Assembly: GCA_963833985.1 (NCBI GenBank)
Contig: CAWIAD010000001.1
Coordinates: 1,088,001-1,152,000 of the forward strand
Direction of reading: 5' to 3'
DNA from: an uncultured Planctomycetaceae bacterium
GTDB lineage: Bacteria; Planctomycetota; Planctomycetia; Isosphaerales; Isosphaeraceae
Length of the DNA stretch: 64,000 nt
Notes under the pieces: generated by a model
What the model was told of the DNA's origin: nothing
Seen by the model: the letters and a program-made list of their open reading frames with translations, nothing else
The model's database searches: none
Made by a program: the position numbers and the translations under genes
Shown here: positions 1-11,878 of the stretch, in pieces
How the letters are laid out: every line of letters begins with the position of its first letter
Numbering within the stretch: the first letter of the stretch is position 1

Positions 1-1726
<1,726 letters not shown>

Positions 1727-1728
1727 AC

Positions 1729-1850
1729 CGGGCCTGCAATCGCACGAAACGAGAAAGGCAGACCGGAAACCCCGGTCTCCGGCCCTGTCGACCCGTCGTG
1801 CGGGCCTGCAATCGCACGAAACGAGAAAGGCAGACCGGAAACCCCGGTCT
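1729..1850. repeat. Two identical 50-bp direct repeats (1729-1778, 1801-1850) with a 22-bp spacer; each contains a hairpin
   Basis: cgggcctgcaatcgcacgaaacgagaaaggcagaccggaaaccccggtct occurs twice; internal stem agaccgg/ccggtct. Confidence 0.9.
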
Positions 1851-1946
1851 GCCCCCTGGAATGCTAGTGGTGCAATCCGCTCGTGGGTCGCATTTCTATC
1901 CAGAACTTCCCCTCCGAGTCAGGATGCAGGCACCGAATCGCGTTTT

Positions 1947-2612
1947 TCAGCGTCCGCCGCCACCGCCACCCGGGCGCGGCTCATACTTGATCTCGAAGGA
2001 GCTGCCGAGCATTTCCTTGTAGGTGGTCTTCTGCTCGTCGGTCAGCTTGCCTTCGATCTTGGTGACGGTTTCCTTGCGGTGCTCGGCGATCTTGGCGCGG
2101 GTGCCCTCGGGGTCGCTCTGCATGTTCTGGAAGAGCTCGCGCATCTCGGTGTTCGAGGTCTCAAGAATGGAGCTGATGTCGCTCTTCTGGGTGTCGGTCA
2201 GCTTGAGCCGGCCCTGGACGTGCTCGTCGGCAAAGGCCTGGGGGCCCTGGACCTGATGCTGGATCTGGTGCAGGCGCTTCAATTGCTCGGGCTTGAGGAA
2301 TTCCTTGGCGGCGGTATTGGCCTCGGTATTCAGCGCCGTGCTCATCTCACGCATCTTGGTGAAGCGTTCCTGGCCTTCCAGCCCCTCCGTGGCCTGCTGG
2401 ATCTTCTCTCGTTGCTTCGTGACCAGGTCCTTGGCCTTCTCGATCTGGGTGGAGTCGAGTTTCAGCTCCTGCTGTACACTGGCATTGGAAAGCAGCATGC
2501 CGATGCCGCCGCCGAAGCCACGCCCGCCACCGCGACCCTGCTGGGCCAGTGCGGGACCTGCCATGAGAGCAACCAGTCCGAGTGCGACGACCGTCTTGGA
2601 GAGCGTCCTCAT
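1947..2612 (-). CDS. Secreted helical protein, Spy/CpxP-like (LTxxQ motifs)
   Basis: Signal peptide ending ALA-Q, Gly-rich ends, LKPEQ/LTDTQ/LTDEQ repeats. Confidence 0.7.
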   Translation of the reverse strand: MRTLSKTVVALGLVALMAGPALAQQGRGGGRGFGGGIGMLLSNASVQQELKLDSTQIEKAKDLVTKQREKIQQATEGLEGQERFTKMREMSTALNTEANTAAKEFLKPEQLKRLHQIQHQVQGPQAFADEHVQGRLKLTDTQKSDISSILETSNTEMRELFQNMQSDPEGTRAKIAEHRKETVTKIEGKLTDEQKTTYKEMLGSSFEIKYEPRPGGGGGGR

Positions 2613-2939
2613 TGCGTCAAACTCCGCTGCAGGCACCAGGCCAGCTCCGCGCCCCCGGAAGGTCTCGACTACGATGAGCCAGGCGGAAGGTTCCGGAGGT
2701 CAATGGACGGAGGGTCTTCGCGATGCCTGATAGCAGAATAAGCGACAGCATCGCCCCGTTCGACCTTTTTTTCGATCGCCGGCAGCGAGAAATCTGAAGG
2801 AATCTCAGGTAGCCGACGACGGAACAGGAAGGCACTGGCCGAGCGCTTTCCCGTGGCCGCGCGCACCCGCACGGCGGCAACCATGCGAGGGCGGGCAAAC
2901 GGTCCAGCCCGCCAGGGACCGCAATGCAGCGCCGGATCG

Positions 2940-3548
2940 TCAGGTCGGCTTCTTGACTTCCTCTTCGATCAGCTTGAGGAAGTCGTCGTCCTCCTTCTTG
3001 TCCTGCTTCTTCGGCCTGGGTTTGGCCCCGCTCTTGAAGTGCTCGGGCACCGTGTCGTCGAACTCGGCCTCGTCGGCCGAGAGCCGTTCGATCAGGGCGG
3101 GTGCGGACTTGGGCCGGGCGAGGCGGTTGGGCTTGTCCTCGTCGGTATCAAGGCCGGCCAGTTCCATGAGCGAATGCCGCTTCCGCTCCTCCTGCACCTC
3201 CTCGTCCAGCACCCTGTGGGTACTGATGAACGCTTCCGGACCGCTCGGCACGTAGTCGATCGTGAAGAGATGATCGGCAATCCCGACCTCGTCGTCGGGC
3301 ATCACGGTTTGCTGACTTGACAGCCGCGAGCCATTCACCGTGGTGCCGTTGGTCGAGCCAAGGTCGCGCACGTGCCAGACGCCGTTGATGAGCTGGAGCG
3401 TGCAATGCTTGCCGGAAACGTTCTCAAATTCCAGCCGGACGTCGCAGCCAGGCCGGCGACCCACCGTCAGCATGGGCTTGACCATCGGAATGGGGTCCCC
3501 TCCGCCGACCGGCACCAGGGTGCCCAGAAGCTCGCTTTGAGGCGGCAT
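2940..3548 (-). CDS. FHA domain protein with acidic C-terminal tail
   Basis: VGRRPGCD..VSGKHC..DLGSTNGTTVNG FHA signature. Confidence 0.9.
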   Translation of the reverse strand: MPPQSELLGTLVPVGGGDPIPMVKPMLTVGRRPGCDVRLEFENVSGKHCTLQLINGVWHVRDLGSTNGTTVNGSRLSSQQTVMPDDEVGIADHLFTIDYVPSGPEAFISTHRVLDEEVQEERKRHSLMELAGLDTDEDKPNRLARPKSAPALIERLSADEAEFDDTVPEHFKSGAKPRPKKQDKKEDDDFLKLIEEEVKKPT

Positions 3549-3763
3549 ATCTCTCTCCTCGTGTCGCTCGCACGGTGCTTGCTGGCGGGCCTTCGGACGA
3601 CCCCACTTTCTCGAATCTACCAGACCGCTCCGGCATGGCTCAAGGACCGTGCTGAAATGGATCACCAGAAGCCGGTCCCCGCTGTCTACTGGAAGCGCCG
3701 CAGCGCATGCGTTAGCCTCGCTGCGTTGGGAGCGGATCGTCAAAACTGTCGGGAGAACCTGCC

Positions 3764-4636
3764 ATGATTCCTGCACGCAACGAACCCAAACCGAATCGCC
3801 GCGAGGTCCTGGCCGCGGGCCTGGCGGCCTCCGGGTGGCTGCTGGGCAACCGGCTGGTCTCGGCCGGTTCCCTGGCCGAGGGAGACTACGGGCCTTTCAA
3901 GATGGGGCTGCAAAGCTACTCGTTGCGCGGCCTCACCAGCGGTGGCCAGGCGGATCTGAAGAAGGCTCTGGCGGCCACCAGGGAGCTGGGCGTGCACTAC
4001 TGGGAAGCATTCCCGGCCCATATTCCCCTGACCGATGACCGCGACAAGATCCACGCCATCAAGGACGAACTTCAAGCCTCGGGCGTGCATGCGGACGGGT
4101 GGGGCGTGACGGGACTCGGGAAGGATGAGGCCGCCAACCGCAAGGTCTTCGAGTTCGCGCGTGCCCTGGGCCTGAGCTATGTCTCGGCCGATCCCGAACC
4201 GGACAGCTTCGACGCGCTGGACAAGATGGTCGAGGAGTACGGTATCGGCGTCGGCATTCACAACCACGGCCCGGGTCACAAGTACGCACTGATCGACACC
4301 ATCGCCAGGGCGATCCAGGATCATAGCCCGAAGATCGGCTGTTGCATCGACACCGGGCATTTTCTGCGCTCGCGGCAGGATCCGGTGCACGCGGTCGAGG
4401 TCTTCGGCAAGCGGGTCTACGGTGTTCACCTCAAGGACGTCAAGAACGCCGAGACGTTCACGGTTCTGGGCCAGGGAGACCTGCGCACCGTGGACCTGCT
4501 CAAGGCGCTGGCGGGCAACAAGTATGACCATTGCCTGGCCATCGAGTACGAGGAGAAGGAGGAGAACCCGCTCGAGGACATCAAACTCTGCCTGGCCGAA
4601 GTCCGGAAGTGCATCGCCGCGATCGGCACTGCCTGA
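3764..4636 (+). CDS. Tat-exported sugar phosphate isomerase/epimerase (xylose isomerase-like TIM barrel)
   Basis: NRREVL Tat signal; IHNHG, CIDTGH, VHLKD and IEYE motifs. Confidence 0.85.
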   Translation: MIPARNEPKPNRREVLAAGLAASGWLLGNRLVSAGSLAEGDYGPFKMGLQSYSLRGLTSGGQADLKKALAATRELGVHYWEAFPAHIPLTDDRDKIHAIKDELQASGVHADGWGVTGLGKDEAANRKVFEFARALGLSYVSADPEPDSFDALDKMVEEYGIGVGIHNHGPGHKYALIDTIARAIQDHSPKIGCCIDTGHFLRSRQDPVHAVEVFGKRVYGVHLKDVKNAETFTVLGQGDLRTVDLLKALAGNKYDHCLAIEYEEKEENPLEDIKLCLAEVRKCIAAIGTA

Positions 4637-4718
4637 GCGCGAAACCGCACGGAGCGAGCGCCGGCCGCGCTCGCTCCGGGGCGCGCCGCAGTCCCAAAAA
4701 AGCCGCCCGGCCGCGACC

Positions 4719-5872
4719 TCAGAGAATTCCCGCCGTGATCTCGGCGAGTGCCTCCAGGAACCGGTTGATCTGCTGCGGCGTTGTGAATGGCCCGGGGCTG
4801 AGCCGCAGGGTCCCGTCGGGAAAGGTTCCCAGGGCGCGGTGGATGTACGGAGCGCAGTGCAGCCCAGGCCGGACGGCGATCTCGAAGCTGACGTCGAGGA
4901 TCGACCCCAGGTCCTGCGGTGTGAGCCCCTCAGGCGCGATCAGCGACAGGGCGCCGACGTGGGTGGCCGGGTCCCAGGAGCCGGCGATCCGCCACGCCCC
5001 GTTCGCCTCCACCCAGTCGACGACCTGCTGCAAAAGATTGACCTCGTGCTGTCTCAATGGGTCGGGCCCGCGCTCCAGAACCCATTCGATGCCGGCAGTC
5101 AGTCCCGCGAAGCCCAGGACGTTGGGAGTTCCTCCCTCCAGCAGGAAGGGGAGCTGGACCGGCTGCGTCTCGCTCGCGGAGTCGCCCCCCGTACCCCCCT
5201 CCCTCCAGGCTCGGAGCTCCCCGTCGGTCCTCGGCCCAGCGTAGAGGGCGCCGGTGCCAGTGGGTCCGTAGAGGGCCTTGTGGCCGGGGAACGCCAGCAG
5301 GTCGATGAAAGTGGTGCCAAGGTCGATGGGAACCACTCCGGCCGACTGCGCCGCATCCACCAGGAAGAACGCCCCCGCCGCGCGCACCAGGGGGGCAATC
5401 TGCTCAATCGGCTGCACGGTCCCCAGCACATTGGCGGCGTGGGTCATGACAACGAGCCTCGTGTTCGGCTCCATCCCTGCCTGGATCGCACTGGCAGTGA
5501 CGTAGCCGTGTTCGGAGGCGACCCGGGTCAGGCGGATGATCCCGTTCTTTTCCAGGCGCGCAGGGGCCGGCTGACCGAGTTGTGTTCCAGGTCGGTGGTC
5601 ACCACGTGGTCGCCAGGGCGGAGCAGCCCCTTGATGGCGAGGTTGAGCCCATCGGTGCAGTTGTATGTGAGAATCCAGCGCTCGGGTGCGGCGCCGCGGA
5701 AGAGCTGATTCAACCGATGCCTGGCCTCATCAAGGGCCCTCTCCGCGGCGATGGCCATGCGATGTCCCGCGCGCCCGGGGTTTGCCAGGCTGGTCCGCGC
5801 GAAGCGATCGAGCGCCTGGTACACCGGCTCGGGCTTGGGAAAACTGGTGGCGGCGTTGTCGAGATAGATCAT
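4719..5872 (-). CDS. Cysteine desulfurase-like class V PLP aminotransferase (frameshift near 5555)
   Basis: IYLDNAATSFPKP, LEHNSV, VDAAQSAG, PGHKAL (PLP Lys), EGGTPN and RPGLHCAP (persulfide Cys). Confidence 0.9.
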
Positions 5873-5933
5873 GGTGCGTTCCGCAGGCTCGAGGTCGATG
5901 ATCGATTTCTCTAGGGTTGGTCCGGAGTCATCC

Positions 5934-6981
5934 TCAGTTCCCCACGAACTGCGCGTAGAGCGTGCGGGCCCTGGCGATGTCGTTGGTTCCCTTGATGATG
6001 GCACGGCCGTCGGGGAAGACGGTGAACTCGTAGCCTTCGGTGGCGAACCGCAGCATGAAGGCGTTGTGCCGCACCTCGCCCAGGGGAGCCATGCGGCGGG
6101 CCAGCTCGGAAAAGTCCAGCGGTTCCGGACGGCGCGCGGCCACCTGGACCGCGTTGCGGCCGCAAAGGGTGGTGGTGTGCGAGCCCAGGCCGCCCTCGAG
6201 CCACTCGAAGCGGCGATGCTGGCAGCAGGGGCAGTCCACCTTCCCCAGCAGGCCGGCAATCTTGAGCTGGCGGAAGGTCCAGTCCCACAGGTCCACCATG
6301 ATCAGGTCGCGGTTGAGTGCCTCGTGCTTGCCGCCGAGCAGCTTGATCGCCTCGACTGCTTCCAGCGAGGCGATGACCGCGACGGCCGGTCCCAGCACGC
6401 CGGCCGTTTCGCAGGTGGGGGTCATCCCGGGCGGCGGAGCGGACTCGATCACGCAGCGCAAGCAGGGCGTCTTGCCCGGCACGATGGTCATCGTCTGCCC
6501 CTCGCTGCCGATCACCCCGCCGAACACCCAGGGCTTGCCCAGCTTCACCGCGGCGTCGTTGATCAGGTAGCGGGTCTCGAAATTATCGGTTCCGTCCAGT
6601 ATCACGTCCGCGTCGGCCACCAGGTCAAGGATGTTCGTGTGGTCGATATCAGTGACCACCGGATCGATCGTGATGGTGCTGTTGATTTGCCGCAGCTTGC
6701 GCGCGGCCGCCTCCGCCTTGGGCAAGGAGTCGCGCACATCCTGCTCGTCGAAGAGGACCTGGCGCTGGAGGTTGTGCGTCTCGATGAAATCGCGGTCGAT
6801 GATCCGCAGGAAACCCACGCCGGCCCGCGCCAGGTGGTTGGCCAGCACGGTGCCCAGAGCACCACAGCCGCAGAGCGTGACCCTGCTACCCAGGAGGGCG
6901 GCGCTGGCCAGCCTCTCCCAGGGCGGGGAAGCGAACCTGGCGGGAGTAGCGGTCGAGCGGGTCGTGGTTCGGTTCAGGCAC
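5934..6981 (-). CDS. ThiF/MoeB family adenylyltransferase (frameshift near 6895)
   Basis: RYSRQ, GCGALG, DRDFIETHNLQRQ, DGTDNFETRYLIND, CLRC and CPCC motifs. GTG start overlaps the upstream stop. Confidence 0.92.
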
Positions 6982-7255
6982 CCGGCGCTCCTCCCGCGAC
7001 CGCGGGGATGATGCTGATCTCGTCGCTCTCGACCACCGGGGTGGCCAGCTCGTCGAGAAACCGGATGTCCTCGTTGTTGAGATAAACATTGACGAACCCG
7101 CGCAGCTCCGGACCGTCGAAGAGCCGGTCGTGGAGCCCGGGGAACGCGGTCCCCAGGTTCAGGAGGATCTCGCCCACCGTCGCGCCGGCGGTTTGCAGTC
7201 GATCCTGACCGCCGGCATGGGGACGGAGCGGGCCGGGGATGCGTACCGTTGCCAT
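6974..7255 (-). CDS. MoaD/ThiS/CysO-like ubiquitin-fold sulfur carrier with a C-terminal extension (AGG-APGA)
   Basis: VRIPGPLR..FVNVYLNNEDIRFL..ISIIPAVAGG followed by APGA and stop. Confidence 0.93.
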   Translation of the reverse strand: MATVRIPGPLRPHAGGQDRLQTAGATVGEILLNLGTAFPGLHDRLFDGPELRGFVNVYLNNEDIRFLDELATPVVESDEISIIPAVAGGAPGA

Positions 7256-7339
7256 GATGCGTGGTTCTCCTTCAGGGGCTTTCTGGCCCTTCTACAGTGA
7301 TTCGGTCCATGTTATCCCGTGAGCGGCTCGTGGCATACC

Positions 7340-8632
7340 TCACGCCTCGCTGGCCGCCAGGGCCCCAGCTTCGCTGGCGGCGGGCGAGTCGCCGCGAGAG
7401 TCGAGAAGCTCGTCAAACGCTTCCAGGGTGGGCTCGATCAGGGCCGGCGGGGCGAGCCTGCCCTGCACGGCCTCTTGCGTCTTCAGGCCGTTGCCGGTGA
7501 TGCACAGCACCGTGCTGCCGTCGCGGTCGATCCGGCCCTGCTCGATGAGTTTTTGTGCCACGGCAAGAGTGACGCCGCCGGCGGTCTCGGCCCAGATGCC
7601 CTCGGTCTCCGCCAGCAGGGACATGGCGGCCACGATGGCGTCGTCGCCGACGTCCTCGCTCCAGCCGCCCGTCTCGCGGATCAGCCGCGAGGCGAAATAG
7701 CCGTCAGCCGGGTCGCCGATCGCCAGGCTCTTGGCAATGGTGCGGGGCTGGCGCACGGGCTTGACCCGGGGAGCGGCCGTCTTCACCGCGGCCGAGATCG
7801 GGTTGCAGCCGGCCGCCTGTGCGCCGAACATCCGTGTCCGCACCGAAGATTCCAGCAGGCCAAGCTGCTCGAGCTCGCGGAAGCCTTTGTAGATCTTGCC
7901 GATCAGACTGCCGCCGGCCATGGGGGCCACAACCTGATCCGGCGCGCGCCAGCCCAGGTCCTCGGCGATCTCGAAGCCCATCGACTTCGATCCCTCGGCA
8001 TAATAGGCGCGGAGGTTCACGTTGACGAAGCCCCAGCCGTGGCGGAAGGCAATCTGCGAGCAAAGCCTATTGACGTGGTCATAATTGCCGCGGACGGCAA
8101 TGACCCGGGCGCCGTAGATGCTTGCGCCCAGGACCTTGCCCTGCTCGAGCCCTTCGGGAATGAGCACGTAGGCGTCGAGTCCGGCCGCGGCCGCGTTGGC
8201 CGCCACGCTGCCGGCAAGGTTGCCGGTGGAAGCGCAGCCGACGATCTGGAACCCAAATTCCACCGCCTTCGAGAGGGCCACGGCCACGACGCGGTCCTTG
8301 AACGAGAGCGTGGGATGGTTGACCGCGTCGTTTTTGAGGTACAGCTCGCGCACGCCCAGCGCACGGGCCAGGCGGTGGGCCCGCACCAGCGGCGTGCCGC
8401 CCACGTGCACCCCCACCGCCGGGTCACCGTCGATGGGTAATAGCTCGCGATAGCGCCACATCGTCCGCGGACGCCTGGCGATCGCCTCCCGCGTCAGCGT
8501 CTGCCCCATCACCTCATAATCGTATGCCACTTCCAGGGGCCCGAAATCCTCGGTGCAGAAGTTCAGGGCCTCCCCGGGATAGTGCTTCCCACAGAGACGA
8601 CATTTCAGCCCCGTCACGCGTTGTGCTGACAC
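7340..8632 (-). CDS. Threonine synthase-like fold-type II PLP enzyme; may be a sulfur-carrier-dependent homocysteine synthase
   Basis: N-terminal CxxC..C, MWRYRELLP, PTLSFKDR (PLP Lys), CASTGNLA, EGSKS and ITGNGLKT motifs; lies downstream of a SAM riboswitch. Confidence 0.88.
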   Translation of the reverse strand: MSAQRVTGLKCRLCGKHYPGEALNFCTEDFGPLEVAYDYEVMGQTLTREAIARRPRTMWRYRELLPIDGDPAVGVHVGGTPLVRAHRLARALGVRELYLKNDAVNHPTLSFKDRVVAVALSKAVEFGFQIVGCASTGNLAGSVAANAAAAGLDAYVLIPEGLEQGKVLGASIYGARVIAVRGNYDHVNRLCSQIAFRHGWGFVNVNLRAYYAEGSKSMGFEIAEDLGWRAPDQVVAPMAGGSLIGKIYKGFRELEQLGLLESSVRTRMFGAQAAGCNPISAAVKTAAPRVKPVRQPRTIAKSLAIGDPADGYFASRLIRETGGWSEDVGDDAIVAAMSLLAETEGIWAETAGGVTLAVAQKLIEQGRIDRDGSTVLCITGNGLKTQEAVQGRLAPPALIEPTLEAFDELLDSRGDSPAASEAGALAASEA

Positions 8633-8793
8633 CAGCCTGGCTCCTCTCTTCAGAACATGCGCTGCGATCGTGCGGCTCGTGAGCCGGACAGCAAAACCAG
8701 AGAGTCACGCAGCTTTCCAGAGGAGCGGGCGGCGGGCGGGAAACGCGACAAGGACGTTCGATGTGGGTGCGAGACAGCACTTCACGATCGACC

Positions 8794-8951
8794 ATCTTAT
8801 CTGTCCCACGGTGTGTTCGGCCGATTGGCTCGTCACGGATGACGGACCGGCAAACTCACACTGGGCAGGAATTAGCACCAGCATCCACCGGGACGGCGGA
8901 CCGGTTGCTGTGGCGTCACAGGGCCTTTCCCTCAGCCACTCTGGATAAGAT
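8794..8951 (-). ncRNA. SAM-I (S-box) riboswitch aptamer
   Basis: Minus strand reads ATCTTATCCAGAG-TGGCTGAGGGA-AAGGCCC-TGTGACGCCACAGCAACC...GGTGCTAATTCCTG...CAGATAAGAT. P1 is ATCTTATC/GATAAGAT. Confidence 0.92.
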
Positions 8952-9157
8952 GCGCACCAAATTATGAGTTTCCGAGTGTAGGGGTGTCGGGACGTATCCG
9001 TCAAGACCATGCCCGAGGCCGTCACTGTCCATGTTGCTGGTTTCCTGCGTGCCGCGGGTCCTGGCGCCTGGACACCCCGCATAGAATCCCGATGTCCTGG
9101 CTGCGTCGGTCGGGCAGAGCAGGCCGAAATCGGTTTGTACAAGGTGAGTCATCCGCG

Positions 9158-10134
9158 ATGAACAGGCGAGAATGGATGCAAGCGGGGCTGGGGACTGCGG
9201 GCCTGATGTTGGCAAACGGCCGGGCGCTTGGAGGCCAGCCCCCGGACGACTCCGATCCGGCACCTCTGCTCGCCAGGATGGGTCCGTTGATGGAAAAGAT
9301 CGCGATCGAGACGACCGAGCTTGCGCCGGATTGCACCTGATCCAGGGGCCAGGAGGCAATATCGCCGTGCTCGACGGACCGGACGGCCTGACGGTCGTGG
9401 ACTCGGGCGTCCCGATACGGGCCAGGGACGTGTTCGAGGCGGTCAAGCGGGCTGGCGGCAAGCCCGTCTCACGGCTGATCAATACCCACTGGCATTTCGA
9501 TCACGCCGGCGGCAACGAGGTCTTCGCCCGTGGTGGGGCGACAATTCTGGCAACCGCGGCTACGCGAAAGCGGCTCGCGACCGATCAATATACTGAAGTC
9601 TTCAAGATGACGACTCCGGCCTCGCCTCCCATCGCCCTGCCCACCTTCACGTCGGATGCGTTCGAGCTGCACGTGGGCAGCCAGGTCATCGAGCTGACCG
9701 CGGTTCCCCCCGCGCACACCGATGGCGACCTCATCGTTCATTTCAGGTCGCATGACGTGATCCACACGGGCGACCTCTTCTCCAACGGCATCTACCCGAA
9801 TATCGACGGCTCGAGCGGGGGCTGGATTGGCGGCATGATCGCCGCCGCCGACCGCATACTCAAGCTCGCCGGTCCCCGGACGCGCATCATCCCCGGTCAT
9901 GGCCCCCTGGCCACGGCTGAGAACCTCGCGGCCTTCCGAAGCATGCTGGTGAAGGTTCACGACCGCCTGGCTCCCATGATCGACTCCGGAAGAACCATCC
10001 GCGAGGCGATCGATGCCCGGCCCACGAGCGACCTGGACGCGGTCTGGGGCAAGGGATTTTTTACCGGCGGCATGTTCACCCGGGTCGTTTACCAGGGCCT
10101 CGCCAACCCGCGGGCGGCCAGTCGGACCCGCTGA
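9158..10134 (+). CDS. Tat-exported MBL-fold metallo-hydrolase (frameshift near 9330)
   Basis: MNRREWM signal; NTHWHFDHAGGN, AHTDGD, HTGDLF and IPGHG motifs. Confidence 0.88.
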
Positions 10135-10361
10135 CCGCTGTCACGCCACCCTCGAAGACCGCCTTGTCGCCGCGCTCTCGCGCAAGCGGGCTCGCCGGCC
10201 ACCAGCTCGGGCAGGTAGGTCCAGCGCGGCAAGCAGGTATCGAACCTACGGTGGGCTTGCGCCCGCTAGCACCGCCAGGTGCTCCCCCAGACCTCCGGTC
10301 GCCGCTTTTTCTTTAATAAGTGTAGAGCATCGAACCGGGCCGAAGCAACAATCCACTCCGG

Positions 10362-11578
10362 AGTAATGGTTCACCGGGAAATAGAGAACCCCGGGGTCCA
10401 ATAATAAGGCAGAGTGAACACTCCCACAGATGGACCGATTTTCCGCCTTCTTACCGATCCCGAAGGAGAAGACAGTGCGGCATCGTGCCGCCCCCTTCGG
10501 TCTTGGTCCCTGGGTCGTCGCTCAGGTCCTGTCGCCACGTTGGCCTACCCTTCGCCCAGACCATTTCACATCGTAACCGCACCGAGCTGCACGAGACAAT
10601 CGCTTCCTTGTGATCAACCCCATCGCTCGGGTCCTCGCACGCACCTGTTCCCTCGTTTCACGGGCGGGATTCAGCTTACGGACGCGGTCGGCGAAGATCG
10701 CTGGACCACGGCCGGCTAGCTTGTCGGCCGGGGCGATGTAATCCATCGCAAAATGAAGACGCACTTGATTGTAGTGATCAATACGACGCTCCACGAGACG
10801 CGACTTCTGGAAGCCTCTGCCATTGAGTGAAGGTTTGCTGTTGTGACGCTTCATCAATCAGGCGTCACAGATCACGCGATAGACGCTGTAAGGGCTGACC
10901 GCGACGACATCGCTGTCGGGCATCATGAACGCCAGTCGCCGGTGGCCTTCGACGGGATGGTCCTTGTGGAACTCGATGATCGCTCTCGCTTTTCCCACGG
11001 TTTCAGCCACCAACCGCGTGGAACCAAGGCCTTGTGCTCGTTGGCCAGTCCATAGCGAGTCTTCCAGTTCTGGAACTTGCTGGCTGCGATCCCCAGCCAG
11101 GTGATGAACCTGGCGACGGGGATCCCGGTTCGCTGTGACCATCGCCTGACGAAATCAACGATGCCGTCGCGGGTATTATCGTGGAGAACCCATGCCGTGG
11201 TTAGAGCTCCCCAGGCTCTTTCTAAGCTGGATGTGTTCGTAGATCAGCTCGGCGACGACTTCGTTCTTGCGCTGGAGCTTGTCGCGGAGGGTTGCGATCG
11301 TGCGGAGGTGCTGGCTCTCACAAGGTCCGTTCTTGCGCTCGAAGGCTGCCGTGCCCCTTCGAAGAAAGGCTTCTGCAAGAGGTCGAACAACGTGGGCAAC
11401 AGCTGGTGCTCGTCGCAGAGGTCGGAAACGGCGCCGCGGTCGATCAGGTGAGGCCGGAGGATGGGGACCTTCCCGACAGGCGGCACAGTTCTTGCGGGGC
11501 TTTCGCATGGTGAAACTCCTTCCGAGTTGTCGTATAACTCGGCTGGGACGTTTTTCCATTTCCGGCTGAACCAAGACT
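10362..11578 (-). mobile_element. Decayed IS3-family insertion sequence
   Basis: Imperfect terminal inverted repeats: tggttcaccgggaaat (10367-10382) and atttccggctgaacca (11558-11573). OrfA remnant from 11508 reads MRKPRKN..HLIDR..VSDLCDEH..KLQRKNEVVAEL. OrfB remnants read EGHRRLAFMM..VAVSP.SVYRV and HYNQVRLH..YIAPADKLAGR. The DDE core appears deleted near 10850. Confidence 0.85.
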
Positions 11579-11755
11579 GCGGTTTCCCTGAGATCATCCA
11601 GAACCTTTGACTAACGAGCGACCGTCTGGTTCGCCTCTTGATAGTGCCCGAGGAGAATGCCGTTACATTCTCCCCGAGCTTCTCCCTTGGGAGATGAGAC
11701 AGCTGCCAAGGTTAGGGAATGCGCCGCCCACAAGCCAGAGGGATCAAACGGGCGT

Positions 11756-11878
11756 TTACGTGCCGGACTTCTTGCCGTGCTTGAGGGGCTTGGCGGCAAC
11801 GGCGGCGGTGCGTTTTTCACGGAGCTTGACCCATTGCTTGAGGTCCTTCTGTTGCTTGGAAACGACGGGTGCGGTCAT
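11756..11878 (-). CDS. 40-aa Lys-rich small protein (below the ORF-track cutoff)
   Basis: MTAPVVSKQQKDLKQWVKLREKRTAAVAAKPLKHGKKSGT; GAGGA SD upstream; hairpin ggagaatg/cattctcc (11652-11673) downstream. Confidence 0.55.
   Translation of the reverse strand: MTAPVVSKQQKDLKQWVKLREKRTAAVAAKPLKHGKKSGT

Noticed and set aside
1729..1850. Mini CRISPR array
   Set aside because: Only two repeats, the 50-bp repeat with 22-bp spacer is atypical, and there are no cas genes in the window.
10362..11578. Active IS3 transposon
   Set aside because: Multiple stops and frameshifts and an apparent deletion of the catalytic core; a relic only.
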